From Haliotis rubra (Eukaryota), in assembly GCF_003918875.1 (NCBI RefSeq), contig NW_025766002.1, positions 7,936,001 to 8,000,000 on the forward strand: a stretch of DNA of 64,000 nucleotides. Reading direction: 5' to 3'. The notes under the pieces are model-generated. The model saw nothing but the letters and a program-made list of their open reading frames with translations. It was not told the origin of the DNA and made no database searches. Both the position numbers and the translations under genes were made by a program. Below are positions 12,001 to 26,240 of the stretch, one piece after another (position 1 is the first letter of the stretch; every line of letters begins with the position of its first letter).

Positions 12001-12965
12001 CTCCACATAAACGTGTGAACCGTTGGAGCGTCACAGTTGTGATAGTTGCATTGCTCATATTTTTGTCCATACTCCTTCGAGAAATATCGTCTTGTGGCAT
12101 CTCTTCATGGCTGACATTCGTCAAGTAACGCATACAAGATCAGCGTTCTATTTTTCTATCAGTCTTCAACTGATATCGATTTCAAACAAAACTATTTGGT
12201 TTAATGTAAACATGTTTTGTGTTGTTAATAGTTTCTTTATATAACAGGTAAACCGTTTTAGGTGTTGTTACTGTATGTGCAAGCTTTTGATGTTAGTTTA
12301 TTTATGTAATTGATTAAGTGGGTTCACGCTGTTTTCTTCATGTAGAATATATTTTGTTTTTTCCCTCGTTTGTGTAATCTGTTTTAGAGATTTTCCATTG
12401 TCATTATTGTGAAATTACGAAATGAAATTGTGAATATATTCAAATGATATACTATACCTAACAGTGCTAATATATCATATTTTGCCATGTACACGTATGC
12501 TTCTTTTGTACGTTTTTATATGCATGTACCTGTATGTTTTAAAGACTGAGACACATTTCTGGTGCCGAATTTCGTGTTAAAAACTCAATGATGTATAGTA
12601 TTGATTCAGTAATGTTTGTACTCATTCAGAGGGTCTGTGTCCTTGTTGTGGATAAACATAAAGAAACAAATGAAATATTATACTATTAAAGAACTGTTAC
12701 GTTGATTTTGTGTTAATTTGTTTATCGAGTTGGGTTTAAATGTATTGTGTGAAATCCTAGTCGCTTTCAAACCACATGTACCGCCATCAAGCATAAGTGT
12801 ACTATATAAGGTTCTGAATGGCTGGTCTGAATTGAATTGAATACTTGTTTGTCAATGACATTCGCAGTCGCATCCATGCAAGGTCATCCATGTAAGACAA
12901 TATAACTAAATATACACTGTTTTATTTAAATGGTAAACAAACACCAGCAATGTAAGACATTGCAT

Positions 12966-13411
12966 TGGGCTGACAAGACTTTATGGATGATCAACTTCCT
13001 TATTTGACAATGGCGACGTTTCGGTATAGGTTCTTATACCGTTTTCAAGCATATGGGGGAATGAAGGGGTACACCAGTATATATACAAGATCAGATAAAG
13101 AGATAACAAAAACAAGGGTGGCAAAACAAAGCACCAAAGAAAGTTAATGATGAGTGACAATAGCATGATGATGAGCTAAGATGACATAAATGAGATGAGT
13201 GGGATTACCATGACAATTAGTGACTGTAAGTTAATTAGACAGAAGCCAAGGTGGTGGGGGTACAGTCTCTAATTGCCATGTCATCTTAGCTGATCATCAT
13301 GCTATTTGAGAATATATACGGAAACGTCGCCGTTGTCAAATAAAGAAGTTGATCATCCAAAAAGTCTTGTCATCCCTACTCCACCAACTCCTTTAATGCC
13401 ACTCAAACAAA
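12966..13411. mobile_element. Non-coding Penelope-like pseudo-LTR insertion with inverted arms
   Basis: 13-bp TSD taagacattgcat (12953-12965, 13412-13424); arms about 12966-13028 and 13315-13378 are reverse complements; contains a hammerhead-like motif and AATAAA. Confidence 0.8.
13013..13050 (-). ncRNA. Putative minimal hammerhead ribozyme (U3-A8 core variant)
   Basis: GC-UUGAAAA-C-GGUAUA-agaacc-UAUACC-GAAA-CG-UC-GC: 6-bp stem II, GAAA, palindromic ACGU in place of stem III, UC cleavage triplet end. Confidence 0.6.
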
Positions 13412-16400
13412 TAAGACATTGCATGTTGGTATGATATGTTTACACGACATGAGAACCTACACGTTCTTTTATCATCCGGCATTGCCTTTGAGACTTGAAG
13501 CGTGAAAGCAGTTGGAAGTGAAACAATATTCTGTCTTAATTTCAATTATTGAGGTACATGATAAAAAATATGTGCTGACTGAAGAACTTCACACGTGGTC
13601 GTTAGAAGCGTACGTCTTGAAAAACAAAACGGGAAGAAGATTCCAGTTCATCTTATGGGTAGCGCTTTCAGACATCAGTGAATATTAACAGATCTGTGAC
13701 ATAATCATCACCGAAGCTACAACCTAGCTAGGCATCCTTACCAGGTCTTTTGGTGACATAAACTTCTTAAATATGTAATAGAATTTGTTCTTTATTAAGA
13801 AAGTGTTATTCCAAATAGCACAATTTCTTACATTTGACGACTTTCGAAAAGGCAATAAGGGCATGAGCATATAGAGCTTTCATCTTCTGTTCATGAAGTG
13901 TTAGCCTACGTTTATGATGAACCATACCTATGAAAACAGGTTAAGTCTACGAACCTGTACAGGAACAAAATGCCTCCAGGGAATACTCATGAGTGACTGA
14001 ATGAGTTATATACTTAAACATCCCATCAGCGATGTTTCTGCCATATCGTTAGTGAATAATGACGTATGTTATTTTTTTTAATTTTCCGTTCAGCTCCCCT
14101 GAAAATCATGTAGGCCGTCAAACACGCTGTTCACTAGTCTTATACAACTCCGATTAATTTCCATCTCTGGGGGTATCCTGACATACTTGCTCCTGTCAAG
14201 ATGCTTCAGGGGCTGGAACAGATCGCGAGAAACACGCTGGCCTAGACGATCCATGGTGCCATGATGGCGCGGGACGTTGTTCATGATATCAGTCACGAGT
14301 TTATCAGGTTCCGAATCGGTTATTTCCAGGCCATAGGCAAATTGGTAGAATATTGTCAAATTTTGCGTTATTCTTTTTCACCAAACAAATAACCTGTTTG
14401 TATCATGAGCAGATCAGATCTTCCTACCTTGACGCTGAATACCGCCAATGTGACATTAATCTTCAATTACTACGGATGGGCTCGGCAAGGACATACATCT
14501 ACATTTGAATCACCCTTTCCTTTTTACTTGTCTCTGTTGGCCTCTATTAATAAAACCAAAGGGATTTTATTAACACGTTTCTCTGGTCTTTTTACCAAAA
14601 GCTGTTTTTTCTGATATATTTCATTGGCATTAATATTCTGAGACGTATTATATTTAACACGGAGCTATAAGCCTCTGTCATTAATTGTACTTGCTCGACG
14701 AGATGGCTTCGTGCGGATGTTACCATCCTCTTGATAAAACGCAGACACCTTGTTACATGTTTGTATTGATTTTGTGTAAAGACATTTTACATCTCTCTTC
14801 TCCATGCATGTTGTCAGATAATTCATTTGCAATTCAATTAATTAGGTGGGCCTACTCTGGAAAATTGGATGTTCTAAATTTCTTGCAAACCATCTGCTGA
14901 TTTAAACGTTTGTGGGACTGACTGAATCTAACAGTTGCAACACGTGGTTTAAACAGAATACATAAATGCATCCACCAGTTTGGCTCCGTTTCGGCGCAAA
15001 ACGTCGTATTTTGACGTTGAGATAAAGCGAGCTGCCATTGCAAATCAAAATATTGCCTCCATGTTTATCATCCAGCATAACCAGTTTTCGATGTGACATT
15101 TAAGCCGTTCTGGCGTTGCAACATAAGCGGAATGTTAACTATCAAACATTTTCAGTTTGGGGTCGCAAAGTGAAAATCGAAGACGTCTGACGTCAAGCGT
15201 TGATTGGGAGTGATGGAGCGTCTTAACTGACACAGATGTAGTTAAATGTCTTTGATATCGCGTCAAAAGTTTAATGTGAACAGGAATCAACGCAGATTGT
15301 TAATCAGATAGTCAAGATGATACAACGTAATGACAGGAATTATTACAACCGCTCTCTCTGAAGTGAGCAGTTGCCACTCCTTGGTGTTACAATATTGATT
15401 CTTTGGATGTAGAGTTAACTGAAACAAGTTAGTGAGTGAGTTTAGTTTTACGCCACTTTTAGCAATAAACAAGCAATATCACGGCGGACAGCAGAAATGG
15501 GCTTCACCATGTGGGGAATCGAACCCGGCTGACGGTCGAACGCTTTAACCACTAGGCTACCCCACCGCCCCTGAAACAAATTAAGTTGTTTACACTTTCT
15601 AACACCTATTTAATATAACTTAGGTCGTTATGTTGATAACTATGTCATCATTGTTTACAGTAATGTCATACACCATCGTCATTTCCATCTACTTGAATAA
15701 ATGTTCATCGTTCAGTAATAATATGTACAAAACATTAGGCAGTCAGAACAGAAGATCAAAGTTGGTACAAGTGAGAATATTCTACATGTACACATCTGTT
15801 CGGGATAGTTAACACTGGCATGATGTTGCAAATATCACCTATAATCAGCTTCACACGGGTTAGGATTCGTCTTCAGCAACACTTGCTTGTCGTAAAAGGC
15901 GTCTAAGGGGCCCCCGTGGTCAGACTCTCTGACATGGTTGACACATGGTTGACACATGTCATCTTATCCCAACTGCGCACACCGACGCTCGTGATCTCAA
16001 TAATTGAATTGTCTGGCCCAAACTCGATTATTGATAGACCGCCGCCATATAGCTTGGATACTTCTGAGTGTGGCGTTAAATAATAAACAAAACGAATAAA
16101 TAAATATAATAAATTTTAATGTCTATGCGGGTTTCATGTACTCAGATCTCCAAATATTGCATACTTTGAAATAAACTGATAAACTGATAGACGTGTTTCC
16201 AACAGCAGATAAATGCGCCCTCATTCTTAAATTAGCAATTACGAGCAAATGCACAATATCCACACACACATCGATCAGCGAACGTCGCTTGAGGTTTGCC
16301 TAAATGTGAGATTCCTGGAGTAATCCTTTACCACAGCCAACGCCCGGAACATGGTGAGGGTGAAGGCCGGACTGGACATCGGTCAAGGCTTGGACACAAG

Positions 16401-16750
16401 TTCAGACTCTGACCTGCATCGACTGTCACCTTTGGTCATCGTTCTCTGATTGCCCGTCGTAAATCTCTCCAGTTTCATGACATTTGACCACGTTTGGACG
16501 TCTGACCAATCAACGGTAATTAGGGACGTAAACAGTCCAGTTGCCAAAGACTGGCTGTGAGTGCCAGCATTTGTGTTAGCCTAACCGTAATACTGCTATA
16601 ATTACACGAATCAATGTTTCATGCATATCGATTATATAAGGAATGAACACCTTTTCATTTGTTCAGATATGAAAGGTGAGGCGTAATATGGTAATGACAT
16701 TAAAGTTACAGAGCGGATATTTTCAAGAAAACACATGAGTACGGACTCTC

Positions 16751-17750
16751 AATACACTGACAGTGTCTATTTTCAACCAAATCCATCAGAATTAACTGGT
16801 CTCAATACAGTGTATATTTTCAACCAAATCCATCAGAATTAACTGGTCTCAATACCATGTATATTTTGAAACGAATCCATCAGAAATAACTCGTCTCAAT
16901 ACCGTGTATATTTTCAACCAAATCTATCAGAATTAACTGGTCTCAATACAGTGTATATTTTCAACCAAATCCATCAGAATTAACTGGTCTCAATACCGTG
17001 TATATTTTCAAACGAATCCATCAGAAATAACTGGTCTCAATACAGTGTATATTTTCAACCGAATCCATCAGAATTAACTGGTCTCAATACCGTGTATATT
17101 TTCAACCGAATCTATCAGAATTAACTGGTCTCAATACAGTGTACATTTTCAACCGAATCCATCAGAATTAACTGGTCTCAATACAGTGTATATTTTCAAC
17201 CAAATCCATCAGAATTAACTGGTCTCAATACAGTGTATATTTTCAACCAAATCCACCAGAATAAAATAGTGGTAAATATAAGCTGGATAGTTTCAACCAA
17301 ATCCATCAGAATTTAACTGGTCTCAATACACTGTATATGTTCGACCAGATCCATCCGAATTAATCGGTGCTGAATGTAAGGTGGGTGTTTTCAACCAAAT
17401 CCATCAGTATTAACTGGTCTCAATACACTGCATATGTTCGACCAAATCCATCAGAATTAACTAGTGCTCAATATAAGTTGGATAATTTCAACCAAACCTA
17501 TCAGTATTAACTGGCCTCCAAACAGTATGTATTTCCTCAGTACCAACTATTCTCAATACCCTGTATACTTTCAAACTCATCCATAAGTATTAACCGCACT
17601 CAATACGCAGTGTATATCCATCCAAATCCTCAGTCCTAACTTTTATCGATACACCGCGTATTTTCAGCCAAATCCATCAGAACATTGTTGCCTCAGTACG
17701 CTGCGTAGTTTCAATCAAATCTATTCGTGCCAACTGGTTTTAACACGCTG
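16751..17750. repeat. 47-bp minisatellite, about 21 copies, decaying rightwards
   Basis: Unit aatacagtgtatattttcaaccaaatccatcagaattaactggtctc (starts at 16804, 16851, ...). Confidence 0.95.
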
Positions 17751-20700
17751 TTTACGCGCTATCCATCTGTTTGTCCATTAGCAAGAAAGATCTGAGTGAA
17801 TCATCGAAAGACGTCTCAATTGCAAAAAAGGTATATGCTTGTCTGAAACAAAATCAAATTATATTCAAATTACAAATAAAAGATACCATTAGATTTGTTT
17901 TCTTTGATCTCTTCTTACAAATGTCGCTTCAATCCAACGAACCAAAACCCAGAGGATGTTTTGACTTGTAACACACTATTTGCAGTTCTGTGAAGGCAGC
18001 TGTATTATGGTTCTTCGATTTGTCCAGAAGGAAAATATTCCTTTTTCTAATGACATTTTCGTGTTTTCTCTTTTAAAGGAAAAGTGTCTTCGAAAAAATC
18101 ACGTTTTTTCTCTCGTTTGAAAATTTCAGAATTAGTTCATATCAATGTAAATATACATTCATTCTTTTCACATTGAAAGTCGAACGTTCAATATACGCGT
18201 TAAAACATTGTACCATTATCAGGCCTTTGTTTTACCACGGAATTGTCTGAACTGTTAATGTGGCAGTTTGGTATCGATTCCGTAGACCCAATATGGTTGT
18301 CCTGTTCACACGTGGACAACTGGTCCATTGCAATCCATTAGTGTAGTTCTGTTATAGGTAACGGCTCCAAAGAGATGATATTATGTTTCGATGAACATTT
18401 AGACATCTAGCAACTTCGGTTTGATTCATTCTTCTTTATGGCATGCCCAAGGCGCGTTGACATTGCCTTAAGCGTAATCTACGGTCACGTACAAGTCGGC
18501 ATTGAATAAATCAAAAGCTAAAATACCTAAATTGTGCACCTAAAATTAACATGCAAATTGCAAATCAAGTCGTCATGAATATGTATTGAAAGATGCTTTT
18601 AAATTATTACATTTCAGAATAACTGTACTTTTACTGAAAGTATTGTGAAGGTCCGTTACCTGTAATCCTGTGGTACATGGAAAATCTGATCATTGTTTCT
18701 GTTATGGATAACCGAGTTGTCCACTGCATCATACCCGTGAAGATCTGGATTAGAATTGCTGTGATCGTTTGTTTGCATACCCGCGCTCGTTGCATACCCG
18801 AACTCGTTGATGTAGCTTAAGTCGTAAAGTTCTGAGGCCTTCTTCACTTCGAAGTTTCTTTACTCCACCGCCACTGAGTTATTTAAAACGCACATGTTAA
18901 TCGTCAAACGTTATTGTTGATTCAATGTACGATGGTGATTATTATGATCATGATGGTAACACTATATCTGATCAAAAAGAATAGTATGCAATATATACTT
19001 GTTACTGTAGGCAACATAATTTTAAAAAAAATGTCAATTATATTTGTTTTACAATTTTCTCTAACATTTGTATCAGGTTAAGAATCAGAAACCGCCCAAA
19101 GTATTCGTACCCTCTCGATGGCTTCCGCTTTCGTGTCTTGCTCACACTGGTCCTACAGACTAACACTTAGTCCCTGAATATATATAATTTTGACGGTAAC
19201 AAATAAACCCATTTAAATGGGAAAGAGCCCCAGTGAGTTGAATTGGGAGATTCCTGGAACCTGGGAAAATCTTGACTTGAAAAACTAGAGCTTTAGCATT
19301 GCAGGGAGGGCTAGGCATTAGGAAAATAATGTGGTTCGGGGACTGTGAGATAGACTAGCTGGTCCTACTGAGAAAGCTTCATTGTCTCTGATACTTTCTT
19401 TACGGAGTGCACTTTGACCTCCTTGCATTAGTCACCGCTGAAGTGAACAAATCGTTTTCTTAAGATCCTCTCTTATTGGAATCCATTATTTATTAGTTCA
19501 ACCTAATCACAAATCAGTCGTGTCGATTGAATTATAGATAATTTTAAAATATGTGTGTTATCGTACTTTGTGATTGGCTGGACGTGGACCTAATGTTATA
19601 TTTCGATCACTTCAGAAAATCGGAGAAGGGCAGGAGTTTCCCGGTGACCTTTACCTTGGCAAGAGTGCGTTTATAAATAGAATGTAAAAATACATACATT
19701 TACTCCTTGCCCGTATCCTCAGGATTTGCCACATATCATGCACAGTCTTATTTTTGGCCCTTTTCTAATACATTTCACTGACATATGCATATGACACAAA
19801 ATTACTGTGCCAACTCATTTTTGTTTGAAGTTGTATTTCCCATTTCTTACCTAGCTGAATCTTGGCAAGCTTCAAACTTGGACAGGGTCGGTCTGGCAGT
19901 CCAGTGTTAAAAGCGTTCGTTCGTCACGCTGAAGACCAGGGTTCGATTCCCCACATGGGTACAATTTGTGAAACCCATTTCTGGTATCTCCCGCCGTGAT
20001 ATTGCTGGACTATGGCTAAAAGTGGCCTAAAACAATACTCACTCACTCACTCACTCAAACGTGGACAACTGTTTTCTTTTAACGTTGCCCTCGAATAAAC
20101 ATGCGTCACGCGCTAAGGTTAAGTGATATGCTACAAAATAGTTCCAAACGTTCCGCCAAGTAAACCTTACATGATATGTGCGTAGGTGAACTTGTTAGAT
20201 GTACACAGATTTCTGTTGTGTCTATTTTAGTTTATCAGATAAATTTCATAAATGTTTGAATTTCATTTGCAAATGAGAAAACCTTGTAAAAGTAGAAATG
20301 GGCAGAAATTTGAGAACTTATCAAAAACCAAAATGTCAGTGCCATAAAAAGAAATCTCATCTCTCGTCACTGAGTTGATGAAGTATATTTATTGGATATA
20401 ATGTCCGTTAGTGTATGTGCCAGTGGTGTACCAACAAAATTAGATTAAATTCGGCGAAGCGATACTAACACCTGATTAAGAATTATATATATCAAGATCT
20501 ACAGTAAATGAAATCAATAATATAATGCTGCTGAACGTGTTGCGTTGCCGTGATGGTGTGAATGAGTGAGTGAGTGAGTGAGTTTAGTTTTATGCCGAAC
20601 TCAGCAATATTCAAGCTATATGGAGGTGGTCTATAAATAATCGAGTCTGGACCAGATAATCCAGTAATCAAAGGCATGAACGTCGATCTACACAACTGGG

Positions 20701-23322
20701 ATACGATGACGTGTCAACCAAGTCAGAGAGTCTGACCACCCGATCCCGTTAGTCGCCTCTTACGACAAGCATGGGTTACTGAAGATCAATTCTAACCCGG
20801 ATCTTCACGGGTCGCCCTGATGATGAGTGAGTGATTTTTATTTAGGTTGTATGCTTCTTCGAACAGTGAGTCAGTTAAAAAGTCAGTATCAGCAGTATTG
20901 AACAGTATTCCTGTTATATCTCAGTGTCAGGTTGATATGGAAAGAAGCGGGTGATGTGATGCAGGCCACAGACGTTTTACTCCAATGAAATTGACGAAAA
21001 CGCGCTTTGCTCCCCACAACGGACATGTGCCAAATGTGAAATGCCGTCTTGTTATGTTCAGCCACAAAAGTATAGAACACAGCTTGTCAATTATCAGGAC
21101 AAGATCCAATCGACCAAGAAGACGATGCTAAACAGTCATAAGACTCATACCATCGGTGGAAATCTATCGCAATAACGTGTGTTAAGATAAATTGAAACCC
21201 GACAACGTGACCGATAATGTCATCTGATAATGTCATGATAATGATAGTATATTTTGAAAGTAATGTAGATACCAGAGGTATGTAGTGTTCTATCAAGATA
21301 TTTCGAATTTTCCAAACTTAACGCTTTGAAGGCGTCATCAACACCCACATTATGTACTATTTTATATTCGTACAGCATTTTTTTCACTTTATTGACAAAA
21401 ACGGGATATGTGAATTTCTTTTGACCGATAAAAGGAATCATAAAATCTTATGAAAGTAATAACTCCACAGAAAAAATACATGAAAGAAACTTTCAATCAT
21501 ACTATTTATTTGATTCCTTTCTCTGATGTCGTGGTTAACAAGACAACTACATTTCATAATCTCTGATGTACACTTGTGATCTCTTTGAAATTGATTCGAT
21601 GTAGATAAATAAAAGTTATATGAGTCGCATTTATAGTTGGAATATGCGTGCGCTTGCGGACTAGACACACTTCAAACTATGTTAATGTTTAATGTGAAAA
21701 TAGTCAGCTTTTACGGGGATATTTTTTGTTTTCAGCTAAACCTTTAAATCAAGGTTTTACCATCAAAGGCCTGGTTATGACATCCAGAAATAGTATTGTA
21801 GCCACTCACAGGAATACATAAAATGCTTGCTTGCTCTTAAACTGTTGCAATGGCTGTTGGGTCTCTTGTACACTTGTAAAAATTGTATGTTTTGGGCTGG
21901 TCATCAGATCAAATACATTATAATGTACAGCTCAAAGTAACTTCAAGAATACAGCAAACTATTGGCATTGATTGTTATGTGTTGCGTTGACGCCACACTC
22001 AATATTCCAGCTACATGTCGCCGGTTGGGACCAGACAATCCCGTGACTGACAAAGTGAGTAACGAATTTTTGTAGTTGGGATACGATGACAGATCTGTAA
22101 CATAAGACAACACTGCACTCATTGAATATCAGATTCTAAACATAAAAGACATGGACTTACTGAAATATTAGGAAATACTGCACACCATAAACCTACAATA
22201 ATTCAGCGTTAGATTAATGCTAGCCTTATCCTTTCATTCAGTGTTACTTAAAATGATTGGTTGGTTGGTTGTTGTTTAACACCGCGCTCAGCAGTATTCC
22301 AGCTATATTTCCGCGGTCTAAATGATCGAGACTGGACCAGACAGTCAGGCAACGTCAAGTATTGCTGAAGCTGATGCAAAGACAACTAAGGGGAGATGTG
22401 TGTAGGCAGAATTGTTTGTTTGTTTATTTGTTTATGACGACGGTCTCTGAATAATCGAATCTGTACCAGACACTCCAGTGATCAACAGCATGAGCGTCGA
22501 TCTACGCAATTGGGATACGATGACATGTGACAACCAAGTCAGCGAGCCTGACCACCCGATCCGTAAGTCGCATCTTACGACAAGCATGGGTTACTGAAGA
22601 CCAATTCTAACCCGTATCTTCGCGGGTATACTTAAAATGAACAAATGCTTCCTTATGATGTGAACGAATCTCTTAATGGGCATAACAGCCTGTGATGTTT
22701 CCTCATATAACCAATGTAAAAATTGTTTAATTGCTGTTTAAAGTCGTAGTGATCAACAAACCAGATAAATGTCAGTGAGCTGTATGTAGACGGACTCGAA
22801 TCAGGACTAGACCACCTGGAGAGTGATATTGTAAACAACTTCCCCCGCCGTTCCAGTATGATGACACGCTATCAACCAGTGAGTGAGTTTAGTTTTATGC
22901 CGCTTTAAACAATATTCCAACAATTGTACCCATGTGGGGAACCAACCCGGTTCTTGAGCGTGAGGTGCGATCGCTTTAACCATTAAGCTACCCAACTTCC
23001 TAAATCCGCCAAGTCACCTAACCGGATGTTTCTCATTTAAACATGGGGGCGGTGGGGTAGCCTAATGGTTAAAGCGTTGGCTCGTCACGCCGAAGACCCG
23101 GGTTCGAATCCCCACATGGGTACAATGTGTGAAGCCCATATCTGGTGTCCCCCGCCGTGATGTTGCTGGAATATTGCTAAAAGTGGCGTAAAACCAAACT
23201 CAGTCAGTCAGTCAGTCATTTAAACATGGTGGCCATAGTAACCATGTTATTTTATAGTTGAAATGGAGGACAACCTCATCAGCAACTATGTGAAACAGTA
23301 TGGCAGGTATCATCAATATTTG

Positions 23323-24005
23323 ATAGTGATCCATATGATACAGTCGGAATCCTTCAATGCTATATAAATAGTGATCATATGATACAACCGGAATCCTTCA
23401 ATGCTATATAAATAGTGATCATTTGATACAGCCGGAATCCTTCAATGCTACATAAATAGTGATCATATGATACAGTCGGAATCCTTCAATGCTGTATAAA
23501 TAATGATCCATATGATACAGTCGGAATCCTTCAATGCTATATAAATAGTGATCATTTGATACAGCCGGAATCCTTCAATGCTATATAAATAGTGATCATA
23601 TGATACAGTCGAAATCCTTCAATGTTATATACATAGTGATCATTTGATACAGCCAGAATCATTCAATGCTACATAAATAGTGATCATATGATACAGTCGG
23701 AATCCTTCAATGCTATATAAATAGTGATCCATATGATACAGTCGGCATCCTTCAATCCTATATAAATAGTGATCATATGATACAGTCGGAATCCTTCAAT
23801 GCTATATACATAGTGATCCATATGATACAGTCGGAATCTTTCAATGCTATACAAATAATGATCATTTGATACAGCCGGAATCCTTCAATGCTATATAAAT
23901 AGTGATCCATATGATACAGTCGGAATCCTTCAATGCTATATACATAGTGATCCATATGATACAGTCGGAATCCTTCAATGCTATATAAATAATGATCCAT
24001 ATGAA
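23323..24005. repeat. 44/45-bp minisatellite, about 15 copies
   Basis: Unit atagtgatc(c)atatgatacagtcggaatccttcaatgctatataa. Confidence 0.95.
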
Positions 24006-24627
24006 CAGACAAACCAGGAGAAATGTATGATGCTTATTGACAAGTTTTTGACGCTATCATTTACTACATACAGAATTGTACACCCTGTGACTTTTCGAAG
24101 ATGTATGTCTGACAACATGGTATCACACAAATCCAGTCTCAACTATGACGGGAATCTGAAAGAAGAAGCTCATGTCATACAAAAATACAGATAATAACGG
24201 CAACTGTCAATATTACTTTGCGGGAAGTTTCGAATATAATAACATATTGGCGTTCGAAAACATTCAATGTAATCCACCATTCCGAATACCTAAACTCATG
24301 AGCGACTATCTAGTAAAGCATACAGTGTACATGTGTACCCTTTTCACCAGCTTGTCGGTTGTTGGTTTGTTGTTTAACGCCGCACTCAGCGGTATTCCAG
24401 CTATATGGCGGCGGTCTGTAAATAGTCGAGTCTGGACCTGATAATCCAGTGATCAACAGCATGAGCATCAATCTAAGCAATCGGGATACGATGACATGTG
24501 TTAACCAAGTCAGCGAGTCTGATCACCCGATCCCGTTAGTCGCCATTTACTGAAGATCAATTTTAACCCGGATCGACACTGGTAGAATAACTTCATGTGT
24601 GGGAACTCCTCCAAAAGATACATGTAC

Positions 24628-24822
24628 ATGGAAGAATCGATATATGAAGATAAGAAATGGATGGCACTTTGATATGTGGTATATATGATAGAGGGAAACA
24701 CGTTATTTCTATATACATTTGTTATCGATGAATCGATGGAAGAATCGATATATGAAGATAAGAAATGGATGGCACTTTGATATGTGGTATATATGATAGA
24801 GGGAAACACGTTATTTCTATAT
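24628..24822. repeat. Recent tandem duplication, period 108 bp
   Basis: atggaagaatcgatatatgaagataagaaatgg...gttatttctatat present at 24628 and 24736, essentially identical. Confidence 0.9.
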
Positions 24823-25516
24823 CGTTTGTTTTACTGTATTTCCTAATATTGGCAGCAGCTTTTGCTCTCGCATGTTAGAGAACCTTTCTGTTTCGGCTTA
24901 CGCCTTTAAGAGAACAATATGTTTTTTCTTTGAAAAGTTTAGAATTTCATCATGAAAGTTTAGAATCATTATCGATTGGTTTTGACATTTACCAAAGAAA
25001 CTGTATAATCTGATCAAACGACATTTACAATGAGAGGTCTTTAGTCAAAAGATAAAATAGCAAAGAGCAAGGAAATGAGATATAAATGTTAAACTATCTA
25101 GATAGACAATTCCAATCACTTCAAAGAAATTAGAAATGTGTAAAAACCGGATGAATTATCTTGACACAAGTGCCAATGTACTAAAATCAAAATCGTATTA
25201 AACTCCTGATTGTGGTAAAGTAAAGTGTGTTCAAACTACAACTTATCTTGGCAATGCAAGCCACGTTGGAGTTAAATACATCGATAAACCAAACTAAAAT
25301 GCTAATTCCTAAAAGTTTCCTTTGCAAAGTATGTTAACACCTTAATATAATGTTTGCTTACTGCCCTACCTTGAAACGTATAACGTCAAGGATTCAGGTG
25401 TACGGAAAGTGGAACTTTTCTTGATCTGTCGAGTTAGATTAGAAACAATTATGCTTATTTTATAGTGCACTGCAATTCTGCAACGCCATATATAGTATTG
25501 TTGGGGGACTATGGAA

Positions 25517-26240
25517 GTAATGAAAGTGCAGGTTAGTAGTTCATAGATTGTAATGAAAGTGCAAGTTAGTGGTTCATAGATTGTAATGAGAGTGCAAGTT
25601 AGTGGTTTATAGATAGTAATGAGAGTGCTAGTTAGTGGGTTATAGATAGTAATGAGAGTGCAAGCTAGTAGTTTATAGATAGTAATGAAAGTGCAAGTTA
25701 GTGGTTTATAGATAGTAATGAGAGTGCAAGTTAGTGGTTTATAGATAGTAATGAGAGTGCAAGTTAGTGGTTTATAGATTGTAATGAGAGTGCAAATTAG
25801 TGGTTTATAGATAGTAATGAGAGTGCAAGTTAGTGGTTTATAGATAGTAATGAAAGTGCAAGTTAGTGGTTTATAGATAGTAATGAGAGTGCAAGTGAGT
25901 GGTTTATAGATTGTAATGAAAGTGCAAGTAAGTGGTTTATAGATAGTAATGAGAATGCAAGTTAGTGGTTTATAGATAGTAATGAGAGTGCAAGTTAGTG
26001 GTTTATAGATAGTAATACAAGTGCAAGTAAGTGGTTTATAGATAGTAATGAAAGTGCAAATTAGTGGTTTATAGATAGTAATGAAAGTGCAAATTAGTGG
26101 TTTATAGATAGTAATGAGAGTGCAAGTTAGTGGTTTATAAATAGTAATGAGAGTGCAAGTTAGTGGTTTATAGATTGTAATGAAAGTGCAAGTTAGTGGT
26201 TTATAGATAGTAATGAAAGTGCAAGTTAGTGGTTTATAGA
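25517..26240. repeat. 33-bp minisatellite, about 22 copies
   Basis: Unit atagatagtaatgagagtgcaagttagtggttt. Confidence 0.95.

Noticed and set aside
10990-18850. Scattered minus-strand exon-like segments (acceptor near 11188, ORF 14090-14359, donors near 18659 and 18780)
   Set aside because: Could not be chained into a coherent reading frame or recognisable protein; may be a lncRNA or chance.
23323-26240. 33-47 bp arrays as possible CRISPR arrays (also 16751-17750 and 57650-58140)
   Set aside because: Head-to-tail units with no unique spacers, no cas genes, eukaryotic context.
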